A stretch of 64,000 nt of DNA from an uncultured Pseudomonadota bacterium (GCA_902763535.1 CACWSG010000001.1:51957-115956); one strand, 5' to 3'. Positions 41,354 through 51,376 are shown, counted from the stretch's first letter. The notes: generated by a model not told the origin, from the letters alone. Made by a program: numbers and translations.

Positions 41354-42184
41354 ATGAAAGAGAGGTTACTAATGAGTCAGAAAAAAAATAAAATTTATAA
41401 AGAAGCTGAAAATCAATTGAATGAAATGCAAAAGGCATTCATCGAATTTGATAAAAGCTATATTCTTCCCAGAAATCACTTGAATTCAGCCCTCATTGGT
41501 TGTTATCAAGCTTCAACGGAATGGGAGGATAAGTTCATAGAAGAATACTGTGAACAAAACAACATCAAATATATGAAGAAGAAACGCTACAAAAATATAG
41601 TGATGCTAGCTATGAATGTTAGCGATGACTGCGATGAAAGGACAAAAGCTCGTGTTAGAACTTATGTTCGTATCTTAAAAAAATTTAAGCAGCTAAATTA
41701 TGATGTTGAAACAGCAAAAGAGCAACTTGAAGAATTCGGTACTGACTATTTTGCTAATCCAAGAAAAAAGAAGGAAAAATCGGAAGAAACTTCAAAGCCG
41801 CAACAGCTTGAGTTTGATTTCGGAACTTCTTCAAAAAATACTTCGAATGAAGAAGACGATGATGATAGCGAAGCTGATGCAGAGGAAATAAGCGATGATG
41901 ATTCCGAAGAAGATAAAGACGAATGCGATTTTGCAGATGAAGATGATGATGAAAACTATGAAGGAAAAAATCGCTTTCGTGATTATCACATTCCAGCTTC
42001 TGTAAAACAAGACAAACAATCTTCTAAAACTTTTTCAGAAGAACTTATTGACCTTTGTAACAAGTATGACTTTGAGGATGAAAACTTTGTCCTTTGGATA
42101 TGTGAGGATAAAGTCCGAATGAGTACTGATAAAAAACTCATTAATCGCTTGGAAAAACAAAATTATGAGTTCGAAGACTTATAG
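41354..42184 (+). CDS. Hypothetical protein with poly-acidic low-complexity region
   Basis: 276 aa with a 60-aa D/E-rich segment (EEDDDDSEADAEEISDDDSEEDKDECDFADEDDDE). Confidence 0.45.
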   Translation: MKERLLMSQKKNKIYKEAENQLNEMQKAFIEFDKSYILPRNHLNSALIGCYQASTEWEDKFIEEYCEQNNIKYMKKKRYKNIVMLAMNVSDDCDERTKARVRTYVRILKKFKQLNYDVETAKEQLEEFGTDYFANPRKKKEKSEETSKPQQLEFDFGTSSKNTSNEEDDDDSEADAEEISDDDSEEDKDECDFADEDDDENYEGKNRFRDYHIPASVKQDKQSSKTFSEELIDLCNKYDFEDENFVLWICEDKVRMSTDKKLINRLEKQNYEFEDL

Positions 42185-42300
42185 TTTATCTTTTGATAAG
42201 GGGGTACAGCAGTATCCCCTTATTTGCAAAACGTTGTTCAACAACGTTTTTACATCACCCCAAAAACTGCACAAATGTATACAACCATATTTAGTCATTA

Positions 42301-43065
42301 ATGCAGTTTATATTAAGGACAACTACTATGACTAACTTCGCAGATAAATTCGAACATAACGCAGTATTACAGTTAAGGAAATTAAATAGAGCTATTGATT
42401 TATATTGCAAGGATATCTTTAGAAAAAATAAACTAATAAGATATGTAAGAAGCGATAATGGATACGGTATGATGCAGCCTATGGCTTTATATAACTTTTC
42501 AGAAATAGCATTTACTCACCTAGAGCCAATTATTGGTGTTGAAAATATTTCAATGTTTACTATAGCCGTTGATACTTTCAATTTTGGGAAAGACAATTGG
42601 GATTTCAATTATCCATTATTTCGTAAAGAAATCAAAAAAATACTAAAAGGTTATGACTACATTGCTAATGTGGCTTTAGATGAATTTCCAAGAGGACGTT
42701 ACTTTGATGAAGGGATATTAATGACACCGCATATACACGGCATATTTTTCAGACCGTTAACTCGTTGGGAAAAAGGTAAAATATCCATAAAAATAAAAAA
42801 ACATTTTCCAGAATATCGAATAAGACCTTTTGTTGTCAGAGAAAAGTTTGATTTAAAATCTGCAATACATTATTCTTTCAAGGCATTATATGGCGGTAAA
42901 ACCACTTATTCTGGTACGTGCGGAAAAAATATTGAAACACCATATAGGAACCTCTTTATAAATTTTTTGCACCTTAAAGCCCTCAAAATATACGATTGTG
43001 CTTTTGCTGGTGGTAAAGGCATTGAAGTGTTAAATAATATTATCAGCGATATTAAAACTAACTAA
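42301..43065 (+). CDS. HUH-superfamily replication initiator (Rep)-like protein
   Basis: HUH motif TPHIHGIFF and downstream Tyr motif IHYSFKALYGGK (YxxK). 254 aa. Confidence 0.5.
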   Translation: MQFILRTTTMTNFADKFEHNAVLQLRKLNRAIDLYCKDIFRKNKLIRYVRSDNGYGMMQPMALYNFSEIAFTHLEPIIGVENISMFTIAVDTFNFGKDNWDFNYPLFRKEIKKILKGYDYIANVALDEFPRGRYFDEGILMTPHIHGIFFRPLTRWEKGKISIKIKKHFPEYRIRPFVVREKFDLKSAIHYSFKALYGGKTTYSGTCGKNIETPYRNLFINFLHLKALKIYDCAFAGGKGIEVLNNIISDIKTN

Positions 43066-43612
43066 CACAACTTAAATAATTATAAACAGTCCTTCGTGAA
43101 ACATTAAATTGTTTGGCGATGGTGGTTATAGGGGTACGATTATTAACCAAGGCTTTTATTTCTTCGGCTTGTTCATTGGTTAGTTTACGTTGCCCACCTT
43201 TATATTTACCTTTGAGTTTAGCCAAAGCAATTCCCTCACGTTGACGCTCCAAGATTAAGTTGCGCTCAAGCTCTGCTACAGCTCCCAACATCGTCATCAT
43301 CATTTTTTGATACGGATCTTGTTTATCGGGGGCAAATATCAAATTTTCTTTATGAAATACAACTTTAGCTCCTTTATTGGTTATTTCTTCGACCAAGTTC
43401 AGCAAATCATTTGTGTTGCGTGCTAATCTATCCATCGAGTGGACATTAACCACATCACCGGCACGAATATTAAGTAACATAGCTTGAAGTTCTGGGCGGT
43501 TAGTGTTTTTACCACTGATTTTTTCGACATATTCCCTATCGCAAGCAACATTTAACAGTTGGCGCTCGGTATTCTGGTCGGTTGTGGAAACTCTCTTGTA
43601 ATTAAACAACAT
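43058..43612 (-). CDS. Small serine recombinase (resolvase/invertase family) with C-terminal HTH
   Basis: MLFNYKRVSTTDQNTERQ… (catalytic Ser). DRLARNTNDLLNLVEEITNKGAKVVF. C-terminal HTH IAKQFNVSRRTVYNYL. 184 aa. Confidence 0.85.
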   Translation of the reverse strand: MLFNYKRVSTTDQNTERQLLNVACDREYVEKISGKNTNRPELQAMLLNIRAGDVVNVHSMDRLARNTNDLLNLVEEITNKGAKVVFHKENLIFAPDKQDPYQKMMMTMLGAVAELERNLILERQREGIALAKLKGKYKGGQRKLTNEQAEEIKALVNNRTPITTIAKQFNVSRRTVYNYLSCVS

Positions 43613-43731
43613 TTTAAGCTCCTATATGTGAAATTTACATTTATAACTTTGATTTACAGGTGTGTAATTAATGCGGTTTTCGACTTTGTTTACACACTTT
43701 TAAGGCTGCGCAATCACGGTATACTTTATTT

Positions 43732-44253
43732 TTACACCGCCTCAGCCTTGACAACTATCGTGTCCTCAACTGTCAGGTCATAAATCCTTGGCATATTGCT
43801 CGAACGTAGAAATCGCAAACCGTCAGAATCATTTAAATAAATTCTGTCTGTGGTTATTCGGTCAATCACGCTCCAATGGTCGTGTAGACCTTGTATGCCT
43901 ATAATCACGGCTGTATTCGGCTGTTTTGTTAGTGTCGATATTTTTTTGATGGCTGTTGTCGTGCGAGTTTTATCGTTGAATGGCCTATAATGCGTTAACC
44001 TGATATTGTCCAATTGTGATTGAATAATACCAAGATAATCCTCAACTTGTTCAACTTCTGAGCCTTCTTTATGGACTGCGTTTAATTTACGGTGTTTATA
44101 TAAGTATGCAATTATTTCTTGAAACCAAAATTTTACGTATTTCTTTTTAAAATTCTCCAAACCTTCTGTCGATAACAATGTCGCATTAATTGAGCTATAC
44201 ACACCACAGAGATTGTCGAGATTGCCTTGCGAAAAGTAAATATTCTTCATCAA
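43732..44253 (-). CDS. Stand-alone C39-like (papain-fold, clan CA) peptidase-domain protein
   Basis: Q-x7-CG (QGNLDNLCGVYSSINA), His motif GLHDHWSVI and downstream Asp. Paralogous to 56398..56982. Confidence 0.5.
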   Translation of the reverse strand: MMKNIYFSQGNLDNLCGVYSSINATLLSTEGLENFKKKYVKFWFQEIIAYLYKHRKLNAVHKEGSEVEQVEDYLGIIQSQLDNIRLTHYRPFNDKTRTTTAIKKISTLTKQPNTAVIIGIQGLHDHWSVIDRITTDRIYLNDSDGLRFLRSSNMPRIYDLTVEDTIVVKAEAV

Positions 44254-44573
44254 TATTCATCTCCTCTCATTATGGTTAGCACTCTGTTGGTAACGCTCTC
44301 ATCGGATATGTCGGGACTGAGGCATAAGTAGTCTAGGTCGTAGTAATCAATCTTCCAGAAGTATGTTGCCCCTTTGAAGTCTATAGCCCCGAAGTCGTGT
44401 TCTTGATTAGGATCATTATTTGCAGTGAATTTATCAAAAGTGCGAACTCGGTTTAACAGCTCAGCACGGTCATTGTCGTTTAACTCGCAAACACCAACTG
44501 TCAACATAACTTTGCCACCAGTGAATGTCTTGCGAAGTTTGTCGTTCAATAGTCGTATTTTACCAACACTCAT
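44250..44573 (-). CDS. Small hypothetical protein with candidate double-glycine leader
   Basis: 107 aa, N-terminus MSVGKIRLLNDKLRKTFTGG-KVM…. The Gly-Gly sits at residues 19-20 with hydrophobics at -4, -12 and -15. Translationally coupled (ATGA overlap) to the C39-like gene. Confidence 0.4.
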   Translation of the reverse strand: MSVGKIRLLNDKLRKTFTGGKVMLTVGVCELNDNDRAELLNRVRTFDKFTANNDPNQEHDFGAIDFKGATYFWKIDYYDLDYLCLSPDISDESVTNRVLTIMRGDEY

Positions 44574-44894
44574 TTTTTACTCCTTTAAAATAAAAAAAGA
44601 GCCAAGGTATTTAACCAAGGCTCTCAAAATTTGCGGATTAAGGCAGATGGTATGTCCCACAAAACCTATTTCGACATTAGAATTGTATGACATACCACCT
44701 CACTTTCACACCGACAAAATTAAACCTTATCTGCTCTGGTGAAAAAGCAGATTATATAAGGCTTATGTGTCAGTGATTTTGTATTCGAAATAAACGAACC
44801 GATTCGTTTTTGAATACAACTAATTATAACACAAAAATAAAGGAAAATCAAGTACTTAATTGACAAAACATCATTTTTTGACGCATTTTTTAGT

Positions 44895-45551
44895 TTATTT
44901 CAAATGGTTTAGTACCTCTTTTTTATGTTTATTGAAATAACTGATTATTTCTTGAGCAAATTGTCTGAATTGTTTTATATCTTCATCGCTTATTGTATCG
45001 GAATCATTTATTGAAACAGTATGTTGACTATCATTATAAGTGTCACAATCACAATTTTTAACAGCTATTAATTTCGATGTTTCTTGTATAATCGCAAAAT
45101 CGTCATTGTCCTGATTATTGATTGAGCTAAAAACACCTAGCTGTTTGTTTTGCCAATACATCACAACAGAAAAATTAATTTCAAAATGTTTATTTATTTC
45201 ATAAGATGCTGTAAATAATGAATAATCGCTTATATCATTTGCTAAATCAAAACAGTTATCTAAATCTGTAATATAAATTATATTATGATTTTCAATATCT
45301 AAGTCATTTACCAGATCTTCCCAAACGGCTTCCCATATTTGACGACACATAATCCAGCCGTCCGTTTTAAACTTCTGCAAAAACACCTTAGCTTGATAAA
45401 AGTTTTGATATTCATCAAACGAAATTTTGCTAGGTACTTCGGTATTGTCGAACATAGCTAAAGCTTTTATCGTATTATCTTTGCAAACTTTTTTTAAATT
45501 TTCAGGTATTTGTATCATTTTTAACACTCCCAATATAAAATTTTGTTCCAC
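44895..45551 (-). CDS. Hypothetical protein (218 aa), acidic
   Basis: Long ORF, overlaps the upstream gene by 31 nt (operon). No recognisable motif. Confidence 0.4.
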   Translation of the reverse strand: MEQNFILGVLKMIQIPENLKKVCKDNTIKALAMFDNTEVPSKISFDEYQNFYQAKVFLQKFKTDGWIMCRQIWEAVWEDLVNDLDIENHNIIYITDLDNCFDLANDISDYSLFTASYEINKHFEINFSVVMYWQNKQLGVFSSINNQDNDDFAIIQETSKLIAVKNCDCDTYNDSQHTVSINDSDTISDEDIKQFRQFAQEIISYFNKHKKEVLNHLK

Positions 45552-46306
45552 AATGAAGACCTGTAACGTTTCATATCTTCATCTTCAACCAGTCCGTCTA
45601 GGTTCTGTTCCCATAATTGCATAACATCACACCAGAGTATATTTTTCCAAGATTCTTTTTTTTCTTTTTTTGCATCAATATCTTTTTGAATATTTTTAAT
45701 AGTGATAACGACGAAGGTCAGCTCTTTACCTTTGGCAATTTTCTTCATCTGTTCCTCATAAACGCTTAATTCATTACCATCAATTACGGCATCAAATTTT
45801 ACTTCAATACATAAAGCTCCGCTATTCCATATAATTGTATTATCAATACGTTTTCGCCTTTTTTTCTTATCTTTGACATTTTTAGTAAGAACTTCGCAAG
45901 CACAATAATAACCATCTTTGGGAAGTTCTTTATTTTGATTTAATAATTTAAAAATAGCCTGTAAAAATGCTTTGCAGCTTTGTTGATTTTCGAGTAAAAA
46001 ATTTGATAATGCTTTTGTAAATTGTGGTTCTTTCAAATTTAAATAGCGATATAAAGGCTTATAACGGAATGAATGATGCGCTGTATAATTACCTAAAAAT
46101 GGAAAATCACTTAATAGATCTTCATATGTTTGATAACCGATTTTAGCATACTGCTTTGCTATATAATCGTGATAGTCTTGCAAAAACGATTTGACTTTTA
46201 AGTGATCCCCATAAAATGCTTGAATATATGGCAGACTTTGATGATATACATCATTACAATATACTTCGGATAATTGTGAAAAATATTTTTCTTTACTCAT
46301 TATCAT
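45521..46306 (-). CDS. Hypothetical protein with PD-(D/E)xK-like nuclease motif
   Basis: …IDNTIIWNSGALCIEVKFD… (D…E-V-K), embedded in predicted beta strands. 261 aa. Confidence 0.4.
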   Translation of the reverse strand: MIMSKEKYFSQLSEVYCNDVYHQSLPYIQAFYGDHLKVKSFLQDYHDYIAKQYAKIGYQTYEDLLSDFPFLGNYTAHHSFRYKPLYRYLNLKEPQFTKALSNFLLENQQSCKAFLQAIFKLLNQNKELPKDGYYCACEVLTKNVKDKKKRRKRIDNTIIWNSGALCIEVKFDAVIDGNELSVYEEQMKKIAKGKELTFVVITIKNIQKDIDAKKEKKESWKNILWCDVMQLWEQNLDGLVEDEDMKRYRSSLWNKILYWEC

Positions 46307-46330
46307 ACCAATTCTCCGAATATATCAATT

Positions 46331-46600
46331 AAAAAACCACCTTTGAATAAGGTGGTCGGAGAGTTCGTAAATCATATTAGGTAAAATGATCCTTTTAGCC
46401 TTTAGAAAGTAGATTCTTGGACATACGCTAAAAGCTCCCCGACCATTGTCGGGGATAGCTGTTGCTTCAAAAATATTGCAACTGACGATGTTATCCGACA
46501 CCGTACCTAATAAGAGCTTACGACGGCTCCGCACCTTATATAAGGTACTAAACATAGGTTGCCCTATGCCTAATAAAAACATTAAGCCTACATAGGTTAA
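46331..46600. repeat. Copy B of the ~250-bp intergenic repeat family, located inside the island
   Basis: See copy A at 14835-15100. Hairpin ccacctttgaataaggtgg, then ggagagtt and the gctccccgaccattgtcgggg core. Confidence 0.75.
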
Positions 46601-46697
46601 ATTACAATTAAAATCACTTTATTTTCAGAAAATTATTTTGCTTTTTTGGTAAAGCATAATATTATGAAAAAAAATACTAACAGTAGGATTAAAGATA

Positions 46698-47360
46698 ATG
46701 GATTTAGACAAACACGCAACCCAATATTTGGATATTATGAATAAACAGGCTCAGGAATTATCTTGTTATGAACAGCAATTTGATAATGCTGATTCTCATA
46801 TGCTGCAACACGTAATTGACTATTCGAAAATGGCTATCAAATCACTTTTTTTATTAAATGGAACGGCAGCCATTTCTGTATTTACTTTATTTACATCTTC
46901 ATCACTAAATATTCAAAAAGTTTTTCAGCCATTACTTGATGCGGTTACAATATTTTCTTGGGGTGCTGTTATTTCAGTTATATGTATTTTTTTAGCCTAT
47001 GCGGCGCAAAAATTTTATCAAGATGAGTGTGCTTGTATAGGAAGAGAGAAAATATTATATATCAAATTAAGACAATCTGAAGAAAAACGGATATTTTTTG
47101 CAAAGGAAAAAGTATTGAATAAAGAAATACCAGTTGAAAAAGATATAGAAGCCTTAGAAAATGAGGCAGAGGATACTAAAAAACAGAGGGATTTAGAAGA
47201 AAAAAAGGAAAAAAGATATGGCAAACTTGGAGATATTTTTACAGGTATCGCTATAATAGGAGTCATCTGTTCATTGTGTTTATTTATATTCGGCGTCTAT
47301 AAAGTAAAAAACGAATTTGTTCAATATACTAAGGACACAATTACTGAACAAAATAAGTAA
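46698..47360 (+). CDS. Membrane protein with two TM helices and charged coiled-coil tail
   Basis: TMs AISVFTLFTSS and GAVISVICIFLAYAA, a K/E-rich helical segment, and a C-terminal TM IAIIGVICSLCLFIFGV. Confidence 0.45.
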   Translation: MDLDKHATQYLDIMNKQAQELSCYEQQFDNADSHMLQHVIDYSKMAIKSLFLLNGTAAISVFTLFTSSSLNIQKVFQPLLDAVTIFSWGAVISVICIFLAYAAQKFYQDECACIGREKILYIKLRQSEEKRIFFAKEKVLNKEIPVEKDIEALENEAEDTKKQRDLEEKKEKRYGKLGDIFTGIAIIGVICSLCLFIFGVYKVKNEFVQYTKDTITEQNK

Positions 47361-47409
47361 AAGTAATTTTGTATAAGTGATTACCAATTTCGAAGAAATC
47401 ATCTGTATA

Positions 47410-49899
47410 TTACGATATTTCATTCTTATTTTGATTTTTTGCTTCTTTTTCTATGGCTTTTTCTACTTTTTCAAATCCACTACAACCATCTTTAATAGCT
47501 TCATTCCAGTTAAAATATGCAACCCCTATATTTACCTTATTCCAAATATCTGTTAGATAATCTCTGAAAAGAATAGATTTACGGTATCTATCTTCAATTT
47601 TAAATGACTGAATTAGAGGAAATATTTCATCTCGAGTTATTGTATCCAAAATAGGCGTATCAATCGAAACCGCATCTAAATATGAAAACTCACCTATCCA
47701 CTTATATAAATGATATACACCTATACTTGTAACTCTAAATCCTTCTGGAATATCTCCACATAACACACCTGTTTTTCTTTCAAATTCTACCCTTCCAACA
47801 GATTCTATCAATTTTTTATTAGTAAGTCTTCTAATAGAATATTCAATTTGAGGAATTGTGTAACCATATTTTTGCATTTCGGTTATAATGTCTATAAATT
47901 TAACAAAACTATCGGTATCTTTTGTTGAATATTTACTTTCGAGATATGCGACAATTAGCGATGACAAAAAATGCTCTTTAATATCAGGAGATGAAATCTC
48001 AAATAAATTCATTGCTAGTGAAGTATCTTCATTAAAATAAGAGTAATCTCCTAAAATAGCTGCTTTTGAAAATTCGTGCAAAGGAATTAAATAATCATCT
48101 TCTTTACTAAAGGATATGATTTTATCACTATCTACATTAGTATTACTTATAAATTTTGCAATAAAATCCATTACTAATCGAACATTTCCACCTGTAATGT
48201 TTGATAATATTTCTCTTATTTCTTTATTATTTTTTATAGAAAATAAAAGGGATTTAATAAATACGACTATATCGCTCAAATCTAAACTAATATTTTCTAA
48301 AGGATGTATCTTTGTATTGCCTTGTGCTATTTTTAACGCAAATTCAAGACGTTTAGCCACAACTGTTTCTATCCTTGGTGGAAGTATAGTAAATACACGT
48401 TGAGTATATCCAGACAAAGAGCGCCCTCTCATTTTTGATTGATAAAAGGTTTCTGGGCGTAACGCAATAAAAGTCATCGCTTTCCATCCAGAAGCAAGTT
48501 CTTGAGCTATAACAAAAGCTTCATCCTGTATGTCTGTAGTCCTTTGATCCGCATTATCAATAGTAATGATAATTTGTTTTTTATGAGCTTTGGCTATATG
48601 CTCTATTGCTTTACACAAATGGCTAGATTTATCTGAGGTTAATTTATCAAGATATGAGATAAGTTTTTCATTATATAATTTTGGATTCTGCTGCAATAAA
48701 TCTTTATAAATGCCATTTTCAAATCTCTTTATTTCAGAATGATAAATACCTTTTACAAAATTTGAAGAATAAATATCTATTTTGTGATTGTCCAAAAGTT
48801 GCTTTTCTATATCTAGCAATATAAAAGATTTTAAATCATTCGATAAAGTACCACTATCCCCTAAATCAATATATAAATACAGTGATTTTTCAAACTCTTC
48901 TTTAGCATTTAAATATTTTAAACTTTTAAGAAAGCTTGTCTTTCCAACTCCTACATCTCCTATTACTACAATAGGTCTCTTTGATAAAGCCTCAGCGTAT
49001 ATCTTATCAGAGAGAAGACCTTGTTTTTTATTTTTTTGCATTAAGCATTCTATATTCGTATCGCTATCCTGCGGAAACAAGTGAGCATAACGTTTGGATA
49101 AAATATCTTTACTAATAAGGGCATCTTGAGATAAGGCTCCACTTTGGCAATAGCATTCCTGAAAAAATTCTTCTTCAATTTCTGGAGAAGTTATCAAATC
49201 TTGTAGTAATAATTCAGATAAAATTTCTAAACTTTTTTGATTGTCATTTTTATATCTTATATCTCGATAATTTAGAATATATTGAGATAGTTTACTAGGT
49301 AAAAATTTTCTTTCACTTGCTATAAAAAAGTCATATAGATTTCTATCTTTAATTCCGTAAATTGAAAGGTATTGCCATACAAGCTGGAAATTTGTTAATA
49401 AATCATCTTTGTTTCTTATAATAAATGCATCCCCATCAAGAGGAGGAATACCATCTCGTCGTGATGCTAAAAAGGCTATAATTTGGTATGAATTTATAAT
49501 AACTGCAAACTCGACACCTCGTTTAGAACAATAATCAAATACTTGATTAACGGCATCTTTAGCGGCAGAACTTGTTTTTATAATTGATTGTATAGAACAG
49601 ATATATTTCTCTCTTCCGTTTGATGGAAAATCAAATTGTATACTATCTTTTTTAGCTTCAACAATACAACATTTAGGATGTCCTAGTTCATAATCGGTAT
49701 AGTCTCCATTGTGATATTTTTCAGTTTCAATATTTTCTTTATTCCAGCCTAGACAATATACCAAAAAATCATCTATAAACTGAAACCTAGTATCTTCTTC
49801 TGTCCAATTCCAAGAAGCTTTAGTGCTTTCTTCGACTAAGGCTTTTAGGTTCTCTAGACCTATCTTCATATCGTTCACATTACTTATAAAATTTGCCAC
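47410..49899 (-). CDS. Fusion protein: N-terminal HsdR-N/Mrr-like PD-(D/E)xK nuclease domain plus P-loop NTPase (STAND/AAA-like), with a long C-terminal region
   Basis: Nuclease motif …DYTDYELGHPKCCIVEAKK…. Walker A IVVIGDVGVGKTSFLK. Walker B-like QIIITIDNADQ. 829 aa and extremely AT-rich. Directly downstream, on the same strand, of the m5C methyltransferase. Confidence 0.55.
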   Translation of the reverse strand: MANFISNVNDMKIGLENLKALVEESTKASWNWTEEDTRFQFIDDFLVYCLGWNKENIETEKYHNGDYTDYELGHPKCCIVEAKKDSIQFDFPSNGREKYICSIQSIIKTSSAAKDAVNQVFDYCSKRGVEFAVIINSYQIIAFLASRRDGIPPLDGDAFIIRNKDDLLTNFQLVWQYLSIYGIKDRNLYDFFIASERKFLPSKLSQYILNYRDIRYKNDNQKSLEILSELLLQDLITSPEIEEEFFQECYCQSGALSQDALISKDILSKRYAHLFPQDSDTNIECLMQKNKKQGLLSDKIYAEALSKRPIVVIGDVGVGKTSFLKSLKYLNAKEEFEKSLYLYIDLGDSGTLSNDLKSFILLDIEKQLLDNHKIDIYSSNFVKGIYHSEIKRFENGIYKDLLQQNPKLYNEKLISYLDKLTSDKSSHLCKAIEHIAKAHKKQIIITIDNADQRTTDIQDEAFVIAQELASGWKAMTFIALRPETFYQSKMRGRSLSGYTQRVFTILPPRIETVVAKRLEFALKIAQGNTKIHPLENISLDLSDIVVFIKSLLFSIKNNKEIREILSNITGGNVRLVMDFIAKFISNTNVDSDKIISFSKEDDYLIPLHEFSKAAILGDYSYFNEDTSLAMNLFEISSPDIKEHFLSSLIVAYLESKYSTKDTDSFVKFIDIITEMQKYGYTIPQIEYSIRRLTNKKLIESVGRVEFERKTGVLCGDIPEGFRVTSIGVYHLYKWIGEFSYLDAVSIDTPILDTITRDEIFPLIQSFKIEDRYRKSILFRDYLTDIWNKVNIGVAYFNWNEAIKDGCSGFEKVEKAIEKEAKNQNKNEIS

Positions 49900-50056
49900 T
49901 TATTGTCTCCATATAAAACCTAACTGCAAAATATGACATACAAATTAACATAAACATCTAAACAATCAAGAATAAAAACAATTCGCATCATTTTGACGTA
50001 GCTTGGAAATTGGACAGATTAACAATTGCACAAGTACTAAATTTTATACCTGAGTG

Positions 50057-51289
50057 TTACTCTGCAGCCATTTCTAGTTGCAGTCCATTTGTCATTTTTT
50101 CATTTAAACAATCCAACATTTCAATTAAGCAACACCCTATATGATAACTTAAATTAACCGGAACAGCATTACCTATTTGTTTATACTGTGATGACATTGT
50201 TCCTTGAAATTTCCAATTATCAGGAAATGATTGAATTCTTGCATATTCACGAATGGTAAGTGGTCTCGTTTCACTTGGATGACAGCGTTCAGTTTGCTTT
50301 TGAGCTGGTGCGCAAGTCAACGTTAAACTCGGTTCATCCCAAGATAAACGTCTTGCCATACCAGTTTTGCCACCAGATAAATGAAAACTGCCTTTCATAT
50401 ATTCTTTTTGAACATCAATCGGTAAATCTCGCCAATACCCCCCCTCTGGAACCAATGACAATATTTCAGCTTTACGTTTAGGATAGCTTTGACCTTCTGA
50501 TTTAGGACAATCTTTTAACGCAGCTCTTAGTGAAACTGTATAATTTTTCTCTGTTGGAAAGATAAAAGGAATATTCAAATCATTACGAATTGCAATAATT
50601 ATTAATCTTTCTCTTTTTTGCGGCACATCTAAATACTGTGCTCTCAAAACCTTATATTGCACATTATAACCAATTTCTTTCAAGGCATTAACCATTGTTT
50701 TAAGGGTTCTGCCATTATCGTGTTTCAACAATCCTTTAACATTTTCACCAACAGCAATTTTGGGCATTGTTTCTTTAACGCAGCGAGCAAATTCAAAAAA
50801 CAATGTTCCTCTGGTATCTTCAAATCCCATACTTTTACCAGCATAACTGAAAGCTTGACAAGGAAATCCTGCTTGAACTATATCGACTTTACCTTTCCAA
50901 GGAGAAAAATCTACATTATGGACATCTTCGTGAATTATGTTAGTTCCTTTAGGAAAATTATGTTGCAAAGTTGCGACACAATCTTTATCTATTTCGTTTA
51001 GTAAGATGTGTCGAATACCTGCATTTTCAAACCCAAGAGCTGTTCCTCCAGCTCCTGCAAATAGTTCTATCGCTGTATAAGGAGACTTAAGTTTGGATTC
51101 CAACACTTTGAACTCTTCATCGGATTTATTATTTAATTTATCCAATAAGGCAAAAACTTCGTCATCATTGAACATACGATGATTTTTATCAGAACGTTCT
51201 GCCTTTATTAATCCTTTTTTTTCCCAACGTCTAATTGTATCAATAGATAAATTAAGTTTTTTACTTACTTCGTGAATAGATAACCACAT
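50057..51289 (-). CDS. DNA (cytosine-5)-methyltransferase with N-terminal MerR-like HTH
   Basis: Motif I ELFAGAGGTALGF, IV GFPCQAFSYAGK, VI ENVKGLL, VIII QKRERLIIIA, X QIGNAVPV. N-terminus MWLSIHEVSKKLNLSIDTIRRWEKKGLI is an HTH. Confidence 0.9.
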   Translation of the reverse strand: MWLSIHEVSKKLNLSIDTIRRWEKKGLIKAERSDKNHRMFNDDEVFALLDKLNNKSDEEFKVLESKLKSPYTAIELFAGAGGTALGFENAGIRHILLNEIDKDCVATLQHNFPKGTNIIHEDVHNVDFSPWKGKVDIVQAGFPCQAFSYAGKSMGFEDTRGTLFFEFARCVKETMPKIAVGENVKGLLKHDNGRTLKTMVNALKEIGYNVQYKVLRAQYLDVPQKRERLIIIAIRNDLNIPFIFPTEKNYTVSLRAALKDCPKSEGQSYPKRKAEILSLVPEGGYWRDLPIDVQKEYMKGSFHLSGGKTGMARRLSWDEPSLTLTCAPAQKQTERCHPSETRPLTIREYARIQSFPDNWKFQGTMSSQYKQIGNAVPVNLSYHIGCCLIEMLDCLNEKMTNGLQLEMAAE

Positions 51290-51376
51290 TATTAATCTCC
51301 TTAATTAACTGAATACAATATAAAATAACCCCTGCATATATGCAAGGGTTATTTTTAAGATATTAAATCAATATAA

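Noticed and set aside
44425-44742. 105-aa plus-strand ORF
   Set aside because: Antisense to the 107-aa gene, then running through a hairpin-rich terminator region. Low-complexity translation.
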